This document shows positions 52,823-64,000 of a stretch of DNA of 64,000 nt, piece by piece. Source of the stretch: Heterodontus francisci (taxonomy: Eukaryota). The stretch is taken from positions 9,446,152 to 9,510,151 of the forward strand of contig NC_090417.1 in NCBI RefSeq assembly GCF_036365525.1. Reading direction: 5' to 3'. A model generated the notes under the pieces. That model worked only from the letters and a program-made list of their open reading frames with translations. It did not search any database and was not told where the DNA came from. A program made the position numbers and the translations under genes. Each line of letters starts with the position of its first letter. Within the stretch, counting starts at the first letter, position 1.

Positions 52823-54395
52823 AGAGTGCTGACTGTAAATTCCTTCTATAAATTCCTGCTGAAGGTGTGCTGATTGCCTAATGTCAGGGCAGTGTTCATG
52901 GGCTGGCAATTCCACACACGAACTGGGACAAAAGGTGTGTTATATTCACAAGAGGAGCTCATCTGTTTGGGCTGATTTGTTTGAATAATAGTTCAACATA
53001 AAGCTTCTTCTTCTGAGAGATCGGAGCTCCTTTTGACACCTGACCCTCCTGCCAAAGTCAGTCTCCAGCCTCTGAGTCTATGTATTCAGGGTCAAATGCA
53101 ATAAATGCTTGGAATTTGTTTTACCTTGTTTGTATAGATTACCATTTATCCTCCCCACATTCTATTGGGCATAGTGCAGGAATATGACGATCAGCCATGA
53201 TCTAGAATGGCGGAGCAGGCCCGAAGGGCTGAATGGCCTACTCCTGCTCCGATCTTCCTATGTTCAGAATCTGGGATTCAAACACCTTTTAGACAACACT
53301 GTCCCCTGTCTGTCGGCAGGGGGCACAGATTTAAAATGCTTGGTAGAAGGATTAGAGGGGACATGAGGAAATCCTTTTTCACCCAGAGGATGGTGAGTGT
53401 CTGGAATTCACTGCCAGGAATGTTGGTGGAGGCAGAAACCCTCAACTCACTTAAAAGGTACCTGGACATGCACCTGACAACCTGGGGATATCCCAAAGCA
53501 CTTTACAACCATTGAATTACTTTTGAAGTGTTGTAACAAAGGAAACGCAGCAACCAATTCATGCACAGCAAAGTCCCACCAAACAGCAATGACCAGATAA
53601 TTTGTGATGGAGGGATAAATATTGGCCAGGACCCTCCTGCTGTACCAGAGTGCCATGGAATCTTTTCTGTCCACTTGAGAACACACAGACGGCCCTGAGT
53701 TTAACGTCTCATCCGAAAGACAGCAACTCCCACCAATCACCCCGCTAAGTTGCGCAGCTGTGCGACAGCCTGGAAGTTCCCGCGCAGGCCGAGCATCAAG
53801 TCAATCCCTTTAAATTGCCAGGTGTGCGCAGCAGTGCAAAAAATTTAAAGGGGCCGCACACAACAACAACAAAAAAGAGGACATTGCCTCCAGCAGTGGT
53901 GCACTACCTTGGTACTGCACTGGACGTGCCAGCTTTTTGTGTTCAGATCTCTGGAGTGGCACTTGAACTCACAACCTTCTGACTCCAACCTTCAAAGCGA
54001 CAGTGCTACTCACTGAGCCACAGCTAATCCAAGAACATGAATTAGCAATTAAGGTTTTTATTTTGCTTGTTTAAGAGCGCCGCCTCTTGCTGGCATACAA
54101 TCCATGGAAGCTGGCAGCCTTCCTATACTACATCCAAGTCTCTGATCCTTAGATAAAGTGCTGTTGGAATATGGAAGTTTTTAACTCGCCCTCTCCATCA
54201 GAGCAGCAGGATTATTTTTCACTCTTGTTCACAATACAAAATGTTTAGAATTAAGTGAGACAATGTAGATATTTTTTGACTTCAAAGAATGTAAATTATA
54301 TTCACACAGTATTACTTGATGCAGGACTGAAAAATAAAACACAAAACCAAAATACTGCGGATGCTGGAAATCTGAAATAAAACAGAAAATCGCAG

Positions 54396-54890
54396 AATAA
54401 TACAGTGCAGAAGAGGCCCTTCGGCCCATCGAGTCTGCAGTGATGCATTAAAACACCTGACCTGTCTACCTAATCCCATTTGCCAGCACTTGGCCTATAG
54501 CCTTGAATGTTATGACGTGCCAAGTGCTATTCCAGGTACTTTTTAAAGGATGTGAGGCAACCCGCCTCGACCACCCTCCCAGGCAGTGCATTCCAGACCG
54601 TCACCGCCCTCTGGGTAAAAAAGTTCCTCCTCAAATCCCCCTTAAACCTCCTGCCCCTCACCTTAAACTTGTGTCCCCTCGTAACTGACCCTTCAACTAA
54701 GGGGAACAGCTGCTCCCTATCCACCCTGTCCATGCCCCTCATAATCTTGTACAACTCGATCAGGTCACCCCTCAGTCTTCTCTGCTCCAGCGAAAACAAC
54801 CCAAGCCTATCCAACCTCTCTTCATAGCTGAAATGTTCCATCCCAGGCAACATCCTGGTGAATCGCCTCTGCACCCCCTCCAGTGCAATA
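54396..54890 (-). mobile_element. CR1 LINE 3' fragment inserted in a Penelope pLTR remnant
   Basis: QRRFTRMLPGMEHFSYEERLDRLGLFSLEQRRLRGDL; pLTR sequence at about 54330-54395 resumes at about 54891-54940. Confidence 0.88.
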
Positions 54891-56543
54891 TTGAAATACT
54901 GAAATTACTCAGCAGGTCAGGCAGCATATGTGGAGAGGTCTTCATTTAAAACAAGATTGAGAACATAATTAATTCCTCCGTTAACTCACTATTTGTACCA
55001 AATAACATAAAATGTCTGATAGCCTAAAGCAGTCACCTAGTGCATGGTAAATCTGGGCATAAGTCTATATTTCAGCTGTTGGTGGAGCACTCCTTCTGTA
55101 AAGGTGTTCGTGGAGTACGAGGTTCTGAAATACATTGAAATGAAACTCATTCCAAGTTGGTACTTAGGCTGGATTCAGAATCCTGACCCATCTGGCCTCT
55201 CCTTTCCCTGTCTCTTAACCTCCTCCACCCCTATAGTCCTGCACTCTTTTAATTCTGGCCTCTTGCACATCCCCAATTTTAATTGCTCCACCATTGACAG
55301 TTGTGCCTTCAGCTGCCAAGGCCCTAAGCTGTGAAATTCTCATCCCAATCCTCTCAGCCTATCTATCCTCCTGAAAACCTACCACTTTGACCAAGCTTTT
55401 GGTCATTTGACCTCATATCACTTTTTGTGGCTCAGTGCTACACTTTGTTTTCTAGTCCTCCTGAAAAGTGCCTTGGAACTTTTTATTTCATCAGAGGGTA
55501 CTATGTAAATATAAGTTGTTTAGGATCAATCAGAAAATGCTGATTGTACAGTATTGAGTTCAGCTTCATTGAGCAGATGGGCTGGGGAACAGAATTGGGG
55601 GATAAGGTGCAAAGTTTTTGGTGGGAGCCAAATACGATAACTGGTCTCACCAATTTTGAACTGGAGCAGTTCTAGCTGAACCATAAGTTCCTGTAAGACA
55701 GGCAACCAGACAGCACAACAGTCGTGGAATCAAACGTGGCCGTAGAATGGAAAAGCTGGGTGTCCTTCGGAGCCAATGTTTAAGTTGACTGCTCACGAAG
55801 ATAATGTTAGTCGGTTCCTCTTAAATGAGTACAACGTCTTCCACTGTAGCTGCCTTGTTGTTCTTGGCCAGGTCCACTTGGGCAGCAGTAATTTGCTCTC
55901 CCAGAGTAGCAGGCCCAACTGCCCTACTCTCTGCTCCAAACAACCATCTTATCCCACACACTCCTCAGGGATAATCTTTCCAACCTTCTCCTTATGCCAC
56001 TCACCCCCTGCAATGCAGCTATGCGCAAATCTACAATACCACCCATCTCTATACTGTCTTCCAGAATGCTCGTTTCATTGTGAACAAACCCTTTGCCAGT
56101 CACAATCTCCTCATGGTCAAACTTGTAGTCATCCTGGCATTGACAGAAATTTGCCTCACACCCAACAACACAACCATATTGCTTGTCTAATATCAGAGCC
56201 TGGATGACCCACAAATTGTTCCAACTCAACACTGCCATCAGTTTCAGTCCCTACCAGAAACTTGCTCCTTTGCCACTGAATACATCTCCCTTTTCGGCCA
56301 CGTGCTCAGGCTAAACCAAGATCATGCGCAACTTAAGTACCTTATTCGACTTTGAGTTCAACTTGAAACCCCACAGCCGATTCTTTCCATTTCTACCTCC
56401 ACCCGTAATGCTGCTGGTCCCACTGAAACCCTTTCAAATGCTTTTTAGAGTTTAAAGTGAGATTTGTATCCTTAACCATCCAAAAGACAAAGATTCCAGT
56501 TCATACAAAAATTATGCTAATTCAGTTGATCACGAATCAAAGG

Positions 56544-57880
56544 TGTCATGTTAGGCCCCCACCTGCCTAGAATGAGGCACATTAATTTTGTCATGAACAG
56601 TGGTTTTAAACTTTTACTGTTACTTAGGTGGGGGAGCTCGCGTTCCAGGTTGACTGCTAAGATGGCTGAATACACAAACGGACATGGGCAAACCAGCTAG
56701 TTACATGACTAACCTGCTGGGCAATCTCAGTTTTTTGAATTTGTACAGACAGTTTGGGCAGAAAGCTGTTTGCTCCTGGACTGAGAAGATCTCTCCTGTC
56801 TGCTCCCATCTCTTTCTCACAAGCCTCTGAATCCACTGAAGACACATGAGCCCAAGAAAGAAAAGTCTCCTCCAACGAACCAGGTTTAAGAAGAATACTG
56901 GGCCCCAACGAAAAGCAAGATCTACCTACAATCAAGGACTCTAAAGTGAGCTCGAAGACCCGTCATAAAAACTCTTCAGATATCGCCACAAACCTTTCTA
57001 CTTTATTTTTCTTTTGCTCTTTTCTGTCTCTATTTGCATGTGTGTATCGCGTATGCATGCTACCGTGGGGTGCGGCGTGTATCCGTAGGTGTTAACAGAA
57101 TTAGAGTTTAAGTTTAATAAATTTCAACTTTTCTTCTTTAAACCTAAGAAAGCCTGTTTGTGGTGGTTCCTTTGTCTTAACATTGGAATGCAGTGAACAA
57201 GGATTCACCAAGGGGGAGCTCAAAACACAGTGTGTTTTAAATTAAATCCTGTTACAGTAAGAAATAAAAACAAGAAATGCTGGAACCACTCAGCAGGTCT
57301 GGCAGCATCTGTGAAAAGAGAAGCAGAGTTAACGTTTCGGGTCAGTGACCCTTCTTTGGAACTGCCAAATACTAGAAAAGTCACAGGTTATAAGCAAGTG
57401 AGGTGGGGGTGGGGCAAGAGATAACAAAGGAGGTGTTGATTGGACCAGGCCACATAGCTGACCAAAAGGTCATGGAGCAAAGGCAAACAATATGTTAATG
57501 GTGTGTTGAAAGACAAAGCATTCGTACAGATTAGGTGTTAATGCACTGAATATTGAACAGCAGCAAGTGCAAACCTGAAAAAAACCAGTGGGTAAGCAAA
57601 CTGAACAAACGAAGATGAAATGAAATAAATGCAAAAAAAAGAATTGTAAAAAATGTAAAAAAAGAATGTAAAAAAAAAAGAAGAAAAAGAAAAAATAACT
57701 AAAAATGAAAGTAAAATGGGGGGCTGTCATGCTCTGAAATTATTGAACTCAATGTTCAGTCCGGCAGGCTGTAGTGTGCCTAATCGGTAGATGAGATGCT
57801 GTTCCTCGAGCTTGCGTTACAATAAGACCAGGTGAAGGCTGAAAGGGAACCCTAGACCTCTTTCTCAACTGGTCGTAACA
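56544..57880 (+). mobile_element. Solo LTR (TG...CA, 4-bp TSD AAGG) carrying a nested Penelope fragment
   Basis: aagg|TGTCATG ... GGTCGTAACA|aagg; second copy at 21915-22750. Confidence 0.85.
57263..57815 (-). mobile_element. Penelope-like element 3' end (ORF C-terminus and pLTR)
   Basis: Minus strand RKLEEQHLIYRLGTLQPAGLNIEFNNFRA-stop; TSD GTTACA(G/A)TAAGA at 57251-57262 and 57816-57827; absent from the other LTR copy. Confidence 0.85.
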
Positions 57881-58724
57881 AAGGATATCGCAAATCTATT
57901 CTTTACACAGCTGTATGAATCTGTGGTGAACCACGTCCGTAGCATACTTGATTTCTGCAGAGCATCTGAAACCTCCTTCCGTGAATAATGTAAAGAATAT
58001 TCAGAATACAAGGAGTGATGGAATTGGAATGATATTTCCTTTGATCTTATTACTATTTCTAGAGCAGCAAAGGCAGCTGTGCCCATCAAGCATTTCTGTG
58101 TTTAAAGTTGAAAAATCCAACATTGCAATAGTTCATTACCAAAAACACATATTCCTTTCGCTTTTACAACACTGAACCTCTCTTGTCTGCACTCCATGTT
58201 TTTATAGATTGCTTCATGTTTCTGGTAACAGCACCCACCCACCTCAGTTCCCACAGCGTAGTGACTAACCTCCACAACCACAGACTCTAGCAGCCCTACT
58301 CCACATCATCAGATCTCACCCCACCCTTCAATCCTACAGATTGCTGCCCAACCCCACATCCCACCCAACATGCTCCCCGCAGACAACCTCAGAGTGACCT
58401 TTCTGAGTGCTACAGCACCTATGTTAGACTTTTGTGTTCACCGATCTCCTTCAAGTTTGTACAGTGACAATAATGGATACTGAGGGCAAAGGGTTCTTAA
58501 AGATCCCTACGGTCAGCAAATGTTGCACGTTGACCCCAGGCTGCAGCTGGTGCCCAGAGGGAAAACCACTGCATTCTGTGTCAAATGGTAAAAAGCAAGT
58601 TTCAGCAGTCCAGACTGTTTGGACAGCTTACTTTGTAACTGTTGTCACAGAACCAGGTCTTCTGCATGGGAAGTAAAAACCCATGTCACACGAATGGAAC
58701 TGCTACAGGAAACTGAAATTGTCA

Positions 58725-58937
<213 letters not shown>

Positions 58938-59089
58938 TCATATAATTTTCCTGTTTACAAATTAATTTAAAGTAATATTTCTGATTTTACACAATTCATT
59001 ACTATTTATTATCACTAAGGCTATCTTGCAGATGCCTCCCCTTCCAGGCTGAGAATCTCGGTTTCTCCAGACTTTTCTCATAATTCAGA

Positions 59090-59390
59090 CTTTTTTTTTA
59101 TTTGTTCATGGGATGTGAGCATTGCTGACAAGGCCAGCATTTGATGCCCATCTCTAATTCCCCTTGAGCAGGTGCTGGTGAGTTGTTTTCTTGAACCACT
59201 GCAGTCCTGGTGGTGTGCTGTTAGGTAGTGTGTTCCAGGATTTTGACTCAGTGACAGTGAAGGAATGGAGATATATTTTCAAGTCGGGATAGTGTGTGAG
59301 TTGGATGGGAACCTGAAGTGAGTGGTGTTCCCATGCACCTGCTGCCCTTGTTCGAGGCGGTGGAGATCATGGGTTTGGGAGTTTCTGTCG
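59090..59390 (-). mobile_element. LINE family B 3' fragment
   Basis: Homologous to 8641-8960 (catgggatgtg...gcccttgag...ccaggattttgac). Confidence 0.75.
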
Positions 59391-59959
59391 AAGAAGCAGC
59401 ACGGATCGGATTTTTGCCCCTTCTCTGCACTGTCTCCAATTGTGCAATGTCGTCTCTGTCTTGCTTACCACTGGTGCCCACAGTATTCAAGATACAGTCT
59501 GACCAGAACCCTGCACAATTTGATCATGATCTTCTTCTTCATTCCAGGGCTGTTTCCACTTTTTACATACAGAACTTCACACTGATGCCATTAACTTTCA
59601 TCTCTCAGACTATTCAACTTTTGCTCTATAGCTTCTGAGCTGATTCTTGAACCCTCCGAATTTTCTACACACAGTAAATTTGGCCATTTTGCATTGAGAT
59701 CAGTTTGCAGTGCAGAGAAATATTTGCATTTCAGAATTTCCATATCAAGTTGAATTGCAAATTGCTGCTGCTGAATTGACTATTAGCTGGGCAAGTAGCA
59801 GAGTGACAGGAAAAAGTCAGCTCGAACTGAAGTGGTGAAGCTGCCTCTTGCTTTCAGATACTGAGAGACTGATTTGAAGCATTTGTTTTGCCATGGGAAA
59901 CGCTGAGAACTTGCCCTCAAAGATGCAGCTGCTGCTCTCACCTTGCTCTTTGCTGCAGT

Positions 59960-60026
59960 TACTCGGCGCCGACGCCAGGGGGCAGTGGGACGACGCGCGT
60001 GACGTCAGAGGGACCAAGATGGCGGC
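59960..60026 (+). promoter_or_regulatory. DDX56 CpG-rich promoter with CRE and YY1-type motifs
   Basis: TGACGTCA at 60000-60007; CAAGATGGCGGC at 60015-60026 overlapping the ATG. Confidence 0.7.
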
Positions 60027-60075
60027 GGAGAAGCTGCGGTTCCACGAGATGGGACTGGAGGAGAGGCTCCTGCAG
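60019..60075 (+). CDS. DDX56: DDX56 DEAD-box RNA helicase exon 1
   Basis: MAAEKLRFHEMGLEERLLQ|gttaaa; Q-motif start, strong Kozak context. Confidence 0.9.
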
Positions 60076-60667
60076 GTTAAAGAGAGGGCGATAGGCGGGG
60101 AGGAGACGGGTTGGAGAGAGCAGAGGGAGTGGGGGAGCTGCAGTGAAAATTTGGGGCAGGGGGCGCGAGTCAGGGCTTTGGCCTGGAGATTTGTTGGATG
60201 GGGGGGGAGGGGATGTGCGGGGACAGCAGGAGTGGGTCTTGGGCTGAGAGAGAAGCTTGGCAAAGGGGCAGGGGTTGTGAGGGGAGACGGTGAGATCAGT
60301 CATTCTGGATCACGAAAGCTGGGGACAGAGCTGAGAAATCCCAACTGCAATTGCAGCTCATTACCCATCACCACAGATGCCTGACTGCATGGGAATATCG
60401 TGTTTATGATGAGGCTGTCGGCAGCACTGTCACTCTGCTTCATTTGTGTGATAACTCATGAGCAGTATGCTCAAAATATCGAAAAATAGGAATGGCACAG
60501 GGTCTGACAGAATCGTGTGTCAAATCCAGTGGGAGAAGAGTGAGGGAGTGGGAAGAGAGGGAGTGTGTGCGTGGCTTTGTGTTGGGAAGATGCAGGCTGG
60601 GCAGGGCAGTCCATGCACATTGTGAACAATATGAGTGATAAGCAGCTTTATATCCCACATTTGTTAG

Positions 60668-60829
60668 GCAATTGCTAACCTCAACTGGGCCAAGCCAACC
60701 TTGATCCAGGAAAAAGCCATTCCCTTGGCGCTGGAGGGAAAGGACCTCTTGGCCAGGGCACGTACGGGGTCTGGAAAAACTGCAGCATACGCAATTCCCA
60801 TCATTGAGCATCTTCTTAACACCAAAAAG
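60668..60829 (+). CDS. DDX56: DDX56 exon 2 (Q motif, Walker A)
   Basis: [54 protein letters not shown]. Confidence 0.96.
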
Positions 60830-60926
60830 GTGAATATACTCCTGCATCGGCTTTATTTGTCTTGATTTTTAAGGTTTACGAATCTGATTTTGTGAGCGAA
60901 TGCAAGCCAACGTGGTGAGTTTAATG

Positions 60927-61153
60927 TAAAAGCAAAATACTGCGGATGCTGGAAATCTGAAACAAAAACAAGAAATGCTGGATTCACTCAGCAGGTCTGG
61001 CAGCATCTGTGGAAAGAGAAGCAGAGTTAACGTTTCGGGTCAGTGACCCTTCTTCGGAACTGACAAATATTAGAAAAGTCACTTTTCTAATATTTGTCAG
61101 TTCCGAAGAAGGGTCACTGACCCGAAACGTTAACTCTGCTTCTCTTTCCACAG
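60927..61153. mobile_element. Young Penelope-like pLTR insertion with internal perfect inverted repeat and 15-bp TSD
   Basis: TSD GTGGTGAGTTTAATG at 60912-60926 and 61154-61168; arms 61007-61079 and 61081-61153. Confidence 0.9.
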
Positions 61154-61627
61154 GTGGTGAGTTTAATGGGTGTTTTCTGGGGTCGCTGTTAGGACAGGCT
61201 CCATATGTATGTGCGGGCACTGGGTTTGGGTTCTGGGGTGAGGGAGTATCGCTGCAGACTGCACTTGAAGCCAAGATTTATTTTTGATTCGCTGCTTCCC
61301 ATCTGAGCTTCTCGTTATCACTTGACTGATATCTGCAAGTGGCATTGGAGATTGCCATTTTGCACGTACCTCTCTTACTCCTCTGCGTTATAATTCCTCA
61401 TCCTTGGCAGTGCGTCGCTCAGGGAGATATAACTGAATTCATTCACTGCTGCAGAGCAGCAGCGGCTGTAGGAATTGTTGATGCTGCACAGCGAAGTCAG
61501 CGCAGGAACCAAGTGTGCAGGTTTGAAATTGTCTGTTTCTGCTGCTGACTGGCGGTGGAGTGGATAGTACGTACGATGTCAGTGATGAAGCTAGACTTTT
61601 TTTAAAACCCCTTTTGTCTCTCCTTAG

Positions 61628-61782
61628 TCAGTGTGTGAGCAGGCAGTGCGAGCCCTTGTGCTGGTTCCCACGAAGGAGCTGGGCCAGCAAGTGCAGCGGA
61701 TGATCCGACAGCTCACGTCGTGTTGTGTGCGGGATGTTCGAGTGGCTGATGTCTCTGGACAAGCGGATATATCTGCACAGAG
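61628..61782 (+). CDS. DDX56: DDX56 exon 3 (motif Ia)
   Basis: SVCEQAVRALVLVPTKELGQQVQRMIRQLTSCCVRDVRVADVSGQADISAQR. Confidence 0.94.
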
Positions 61783-61869
61783 GTATGAATTATGAGGGCA
61801 TGATCATGGGCACCGTTCTCTTTTGTATCTTATTGCGTGCACCTTCTCAGAATTGACTATCTCTTTCAG

Positions 61870-62040
61870 GCCCATATTAATGGAGAAGCCTGACATTGTA
61901 ATTGGCACGCCCTCCCGTATTCTGCGACATTTGGAGCAGCACACCCTGAACCTGTGCACCTCACTGGAGATGCTGGTGATCGATGAGGCTGATCTGCTCT
62001 TCTCGTTCGGGTTTGAAAATGACCTGAAGAACTTGCTCGG
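61870..62040 (+). CDS. DDX56: DDX56 exon 4 (DEAD motif)
   Basis: [57 protein letters not shown]. Confidence 0.96.
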
Positions 62041-63087
62041 GTAAGTAGCTTTTTTCAGACTCCTCTTGGTTCAAAATCATGAGGGGTCTGGACAGGGTAG
62101 ACGGGAGAAACTGTCCCCATTGGTGGAAGGTTCAGGAACAGGAGGACCCCGACTTAAGGTGAATGGCAAAAGAATCGAAGGCGACACGAGGAAAAACTAT
62201 TTCAGGCGGCGATTAGTTGGGATCTGGAATGCACTGCCTGAGAGTGCGGTGGAGGCATATTCAATTGTGGCTTTCGAAAGGGTATTGGATAATAATCTGA
62301 AAAGAAAAAAATTGTATGGCTGTGGGGAAAAAGATATGTGAGTAGGACTATCTGAGTGGCTCTTGCAGAGCGTTTGCACAAACACGATGGGCAAAATGGC
62401 CGCCTCCTGTGCTGTAATATTCTATGATTCTATTTTATTTTGTGCTTGGCTTCCCACCTGCCTTTGTATTTTGAAGAGCTGTTTGCGTGAATTTAGATTT
62501 TTGTCTTGAAATTTGTCTCTGTGAACTTTTCTTGGACCCTATTCTGGATGGTAAAGACTGCCCCACAGATGATCAGCACTAGAACTGCAACACATAGTTA
62601 TAGCATTCGGCTCATCTAACCATGGGCTCTGACGTAAGAAGGCATTTCTCACAGGAACTCCTGGTTGTGGAGTCTGTTACTGGTGGAAAGATTTGAGGTG
62701 CTGATTTAGGAGCAGTGCATAAGAAGCATATTACACGGTGCCATTGCTTTTCTTCTCCAGTTTATTAGCACCAATGTGCCAAATATGCTCTGTGACAACA
62801 CCATTGCTGATAGTGCTGCTCCCTGGGCAATCTATCTGGATTGGTGCTTGTGCAGTAAGAGGAGTGCCACTTCCCCCAGACAAACTGTCCGGAAAAGCTT
62901 TCGTGCAGCTGTGCACTGGAGTCGATATTTGCCTGCTGAGGGCAAACGAGCTCAGTACCTGGCCCCTCTTGTTCTCTGTTCTGCAAATCATAACCCATGT
63001 TCCAGCAAATGTAACATTGAGGCCCATCGGGGTCACTGCTATAGAATGTGGAGTCATGTCCATCAGGCTTATTCTATTTGCTTGCAG

Positions 63088-63178
63088 GCATCTGCCAAAG
63101 ATTTATCAAGCGTTCTTGATGTCAGCCACATTTAATGAGGATGTTCAGGCCCTGAAGGAGCTGATACTTCACAACCCG
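63088..63178 (+). CDS. DDX56: DDX56 exon 5 (SAT motif)
   Basis: HLPKIYQAFLMSATFNEDVQALKELILHNP|gtaaga. Confidence 0.96.
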
Positions 63179-63927
63179 GTAAGAAATCTTTTCAAAGATT
63201 CCTACACGAGAATTTCAGTGTCAGCATTGGCTGAGAGATATCACCCGCCCGCGCCTCTGAATTGTGAAATTTTAGCTTCCGTCCCCACTCGAGGACCTGA
63301 CCACATATTCTCGGCTTCAGGCGGGACTGAGGAGAGTGTTCCGAGCTTCAGATGAGGCGTTAACCTGAGGCCCCCGTCTCCCTGTTCAAATGAACATTAA
63401 AAGATCCAATTGAACTTTTTCAAAGAACGGGGGTGGGGGGCGGGGGTCACCTGGTGTCATGGCCAACATTTCTCCCTGAGCCATCTTGACCCAAAACTGG
63501 TCAGCAAGTCGTTGATTTCAGCACTGTCTGTGGGCCCTTGAGTGTACAACATGGCTGGCTGGTGCATTTGCAAAAGTGACTACACTTAAAAAAGTGATTA
63601 ATTTACTTCGTGACTTTGGGGTGTCCTGAGAATATAAAAAGTGCGATATAAATAGAAGTTCTTTCTCTGTCGGGTGGATTGTGCAATGTGTCTCAATATT
63701 CAGATTGTAGAAATATAGTCAATATCTGAGCAGTGAAACACGTACTATGTTCTGAATGCAGCTGTTTTTTTAATTCCTTGTGTATGTACTAAGAGAAATG
63801 CGACCAAGCGAAAGCCAGACACAAACGCTTCATTCGTGAGGAGGGCATGGGCAGACAGGCAGACTGGAGTGCATCCTGGCCTGTATCTTGGTGCTGCACT
63901 GTAACCCGATATTCTTTACCCCGATAG

Positions 63928-64000
63928 GTGATTCTGAAGCTGCAGGAGTCTCAGCTTCCAGACAGCTCCCAGCTGACCCAGTACCACGTTAAATGCGAGG
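63928..64000 (+). CDS. DDX56: DDX56 exon 6 (runs off window)
   Basis: gatag|VILKLQESQLPDSSQLTQYHVKCE. Confidence 0.93.
   Translation, partial: MILKLQESQLPDSSQLTQYHVKCE

Noticed and set aside
57960-58040. Minus-strand CILNILY as the next NT5C2 exon after the orphan exon
   Set aside because: Similarity to YILNTLF is limited to a few residues; the flanking sequence does not match.
59817-60384. Overlapping 114-163 aa ORFs around the DDX56 start
   Set aside because: These are by-products of the GC-rich promoter and intron; only 60019-60075 matches DDX56.
60400-60510. Possible box C/D snoRNA in DDX56 intron 1 (ATGATGA ... CTGA)
   Set aside because: No convincing terminal stem or recognisable rRNA guide; such short motifs arise by chance.

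Overview
Eukaryotic vertebrate genomic DNA, repeat-rich and intron-containing. The repeat set (CR1/L2-type LINEs, V-SINE-like and Deu-domain SINEs, Penelope elements) suggests a cartilaginous fish; this is inference. Four spliced genes lie on the + strand, all reconstructed with GT-AG junctions and consistent phases: (1) the 3' half of an NT5C2-like cytosolic 5'-nucleotidase (7 exons, 314-12977); (2) complete TMED4 (5 exons, 17483-30679, 219 aa); (3) a 12-exon, about 1331-aa secreted astacin metalloprotease (37232-52822); (4) the 5' part of DDX56 (60019 to window end). Gene 3 is the highlight. Its propeptide and catalytic domain closely resemble mammalian ovastacin (ASTL), but it carries an ~850-aa Pro/Thr/Ser mucin-like stalk with 30-bp tandem repeats, a C-terminal MAM domain, and Leu in place of the Met-turn Met. 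Other oddities: an isolated, splice-intact NT5C2-like exon on the - strand 1.2 kb upstream of DDX56; a young Penelope insertion forming a perfect 73-bp-arm hairpin with hammerhead-like motifs in DDX56 intron 2; and a Penelope insertion that duplicated an NRF1-like site in the TMED4 promoter. Comparisons with human proteins are from memory and need alignment to confirm. Repeat boundaries are approximate unless a target-site duplication is given.
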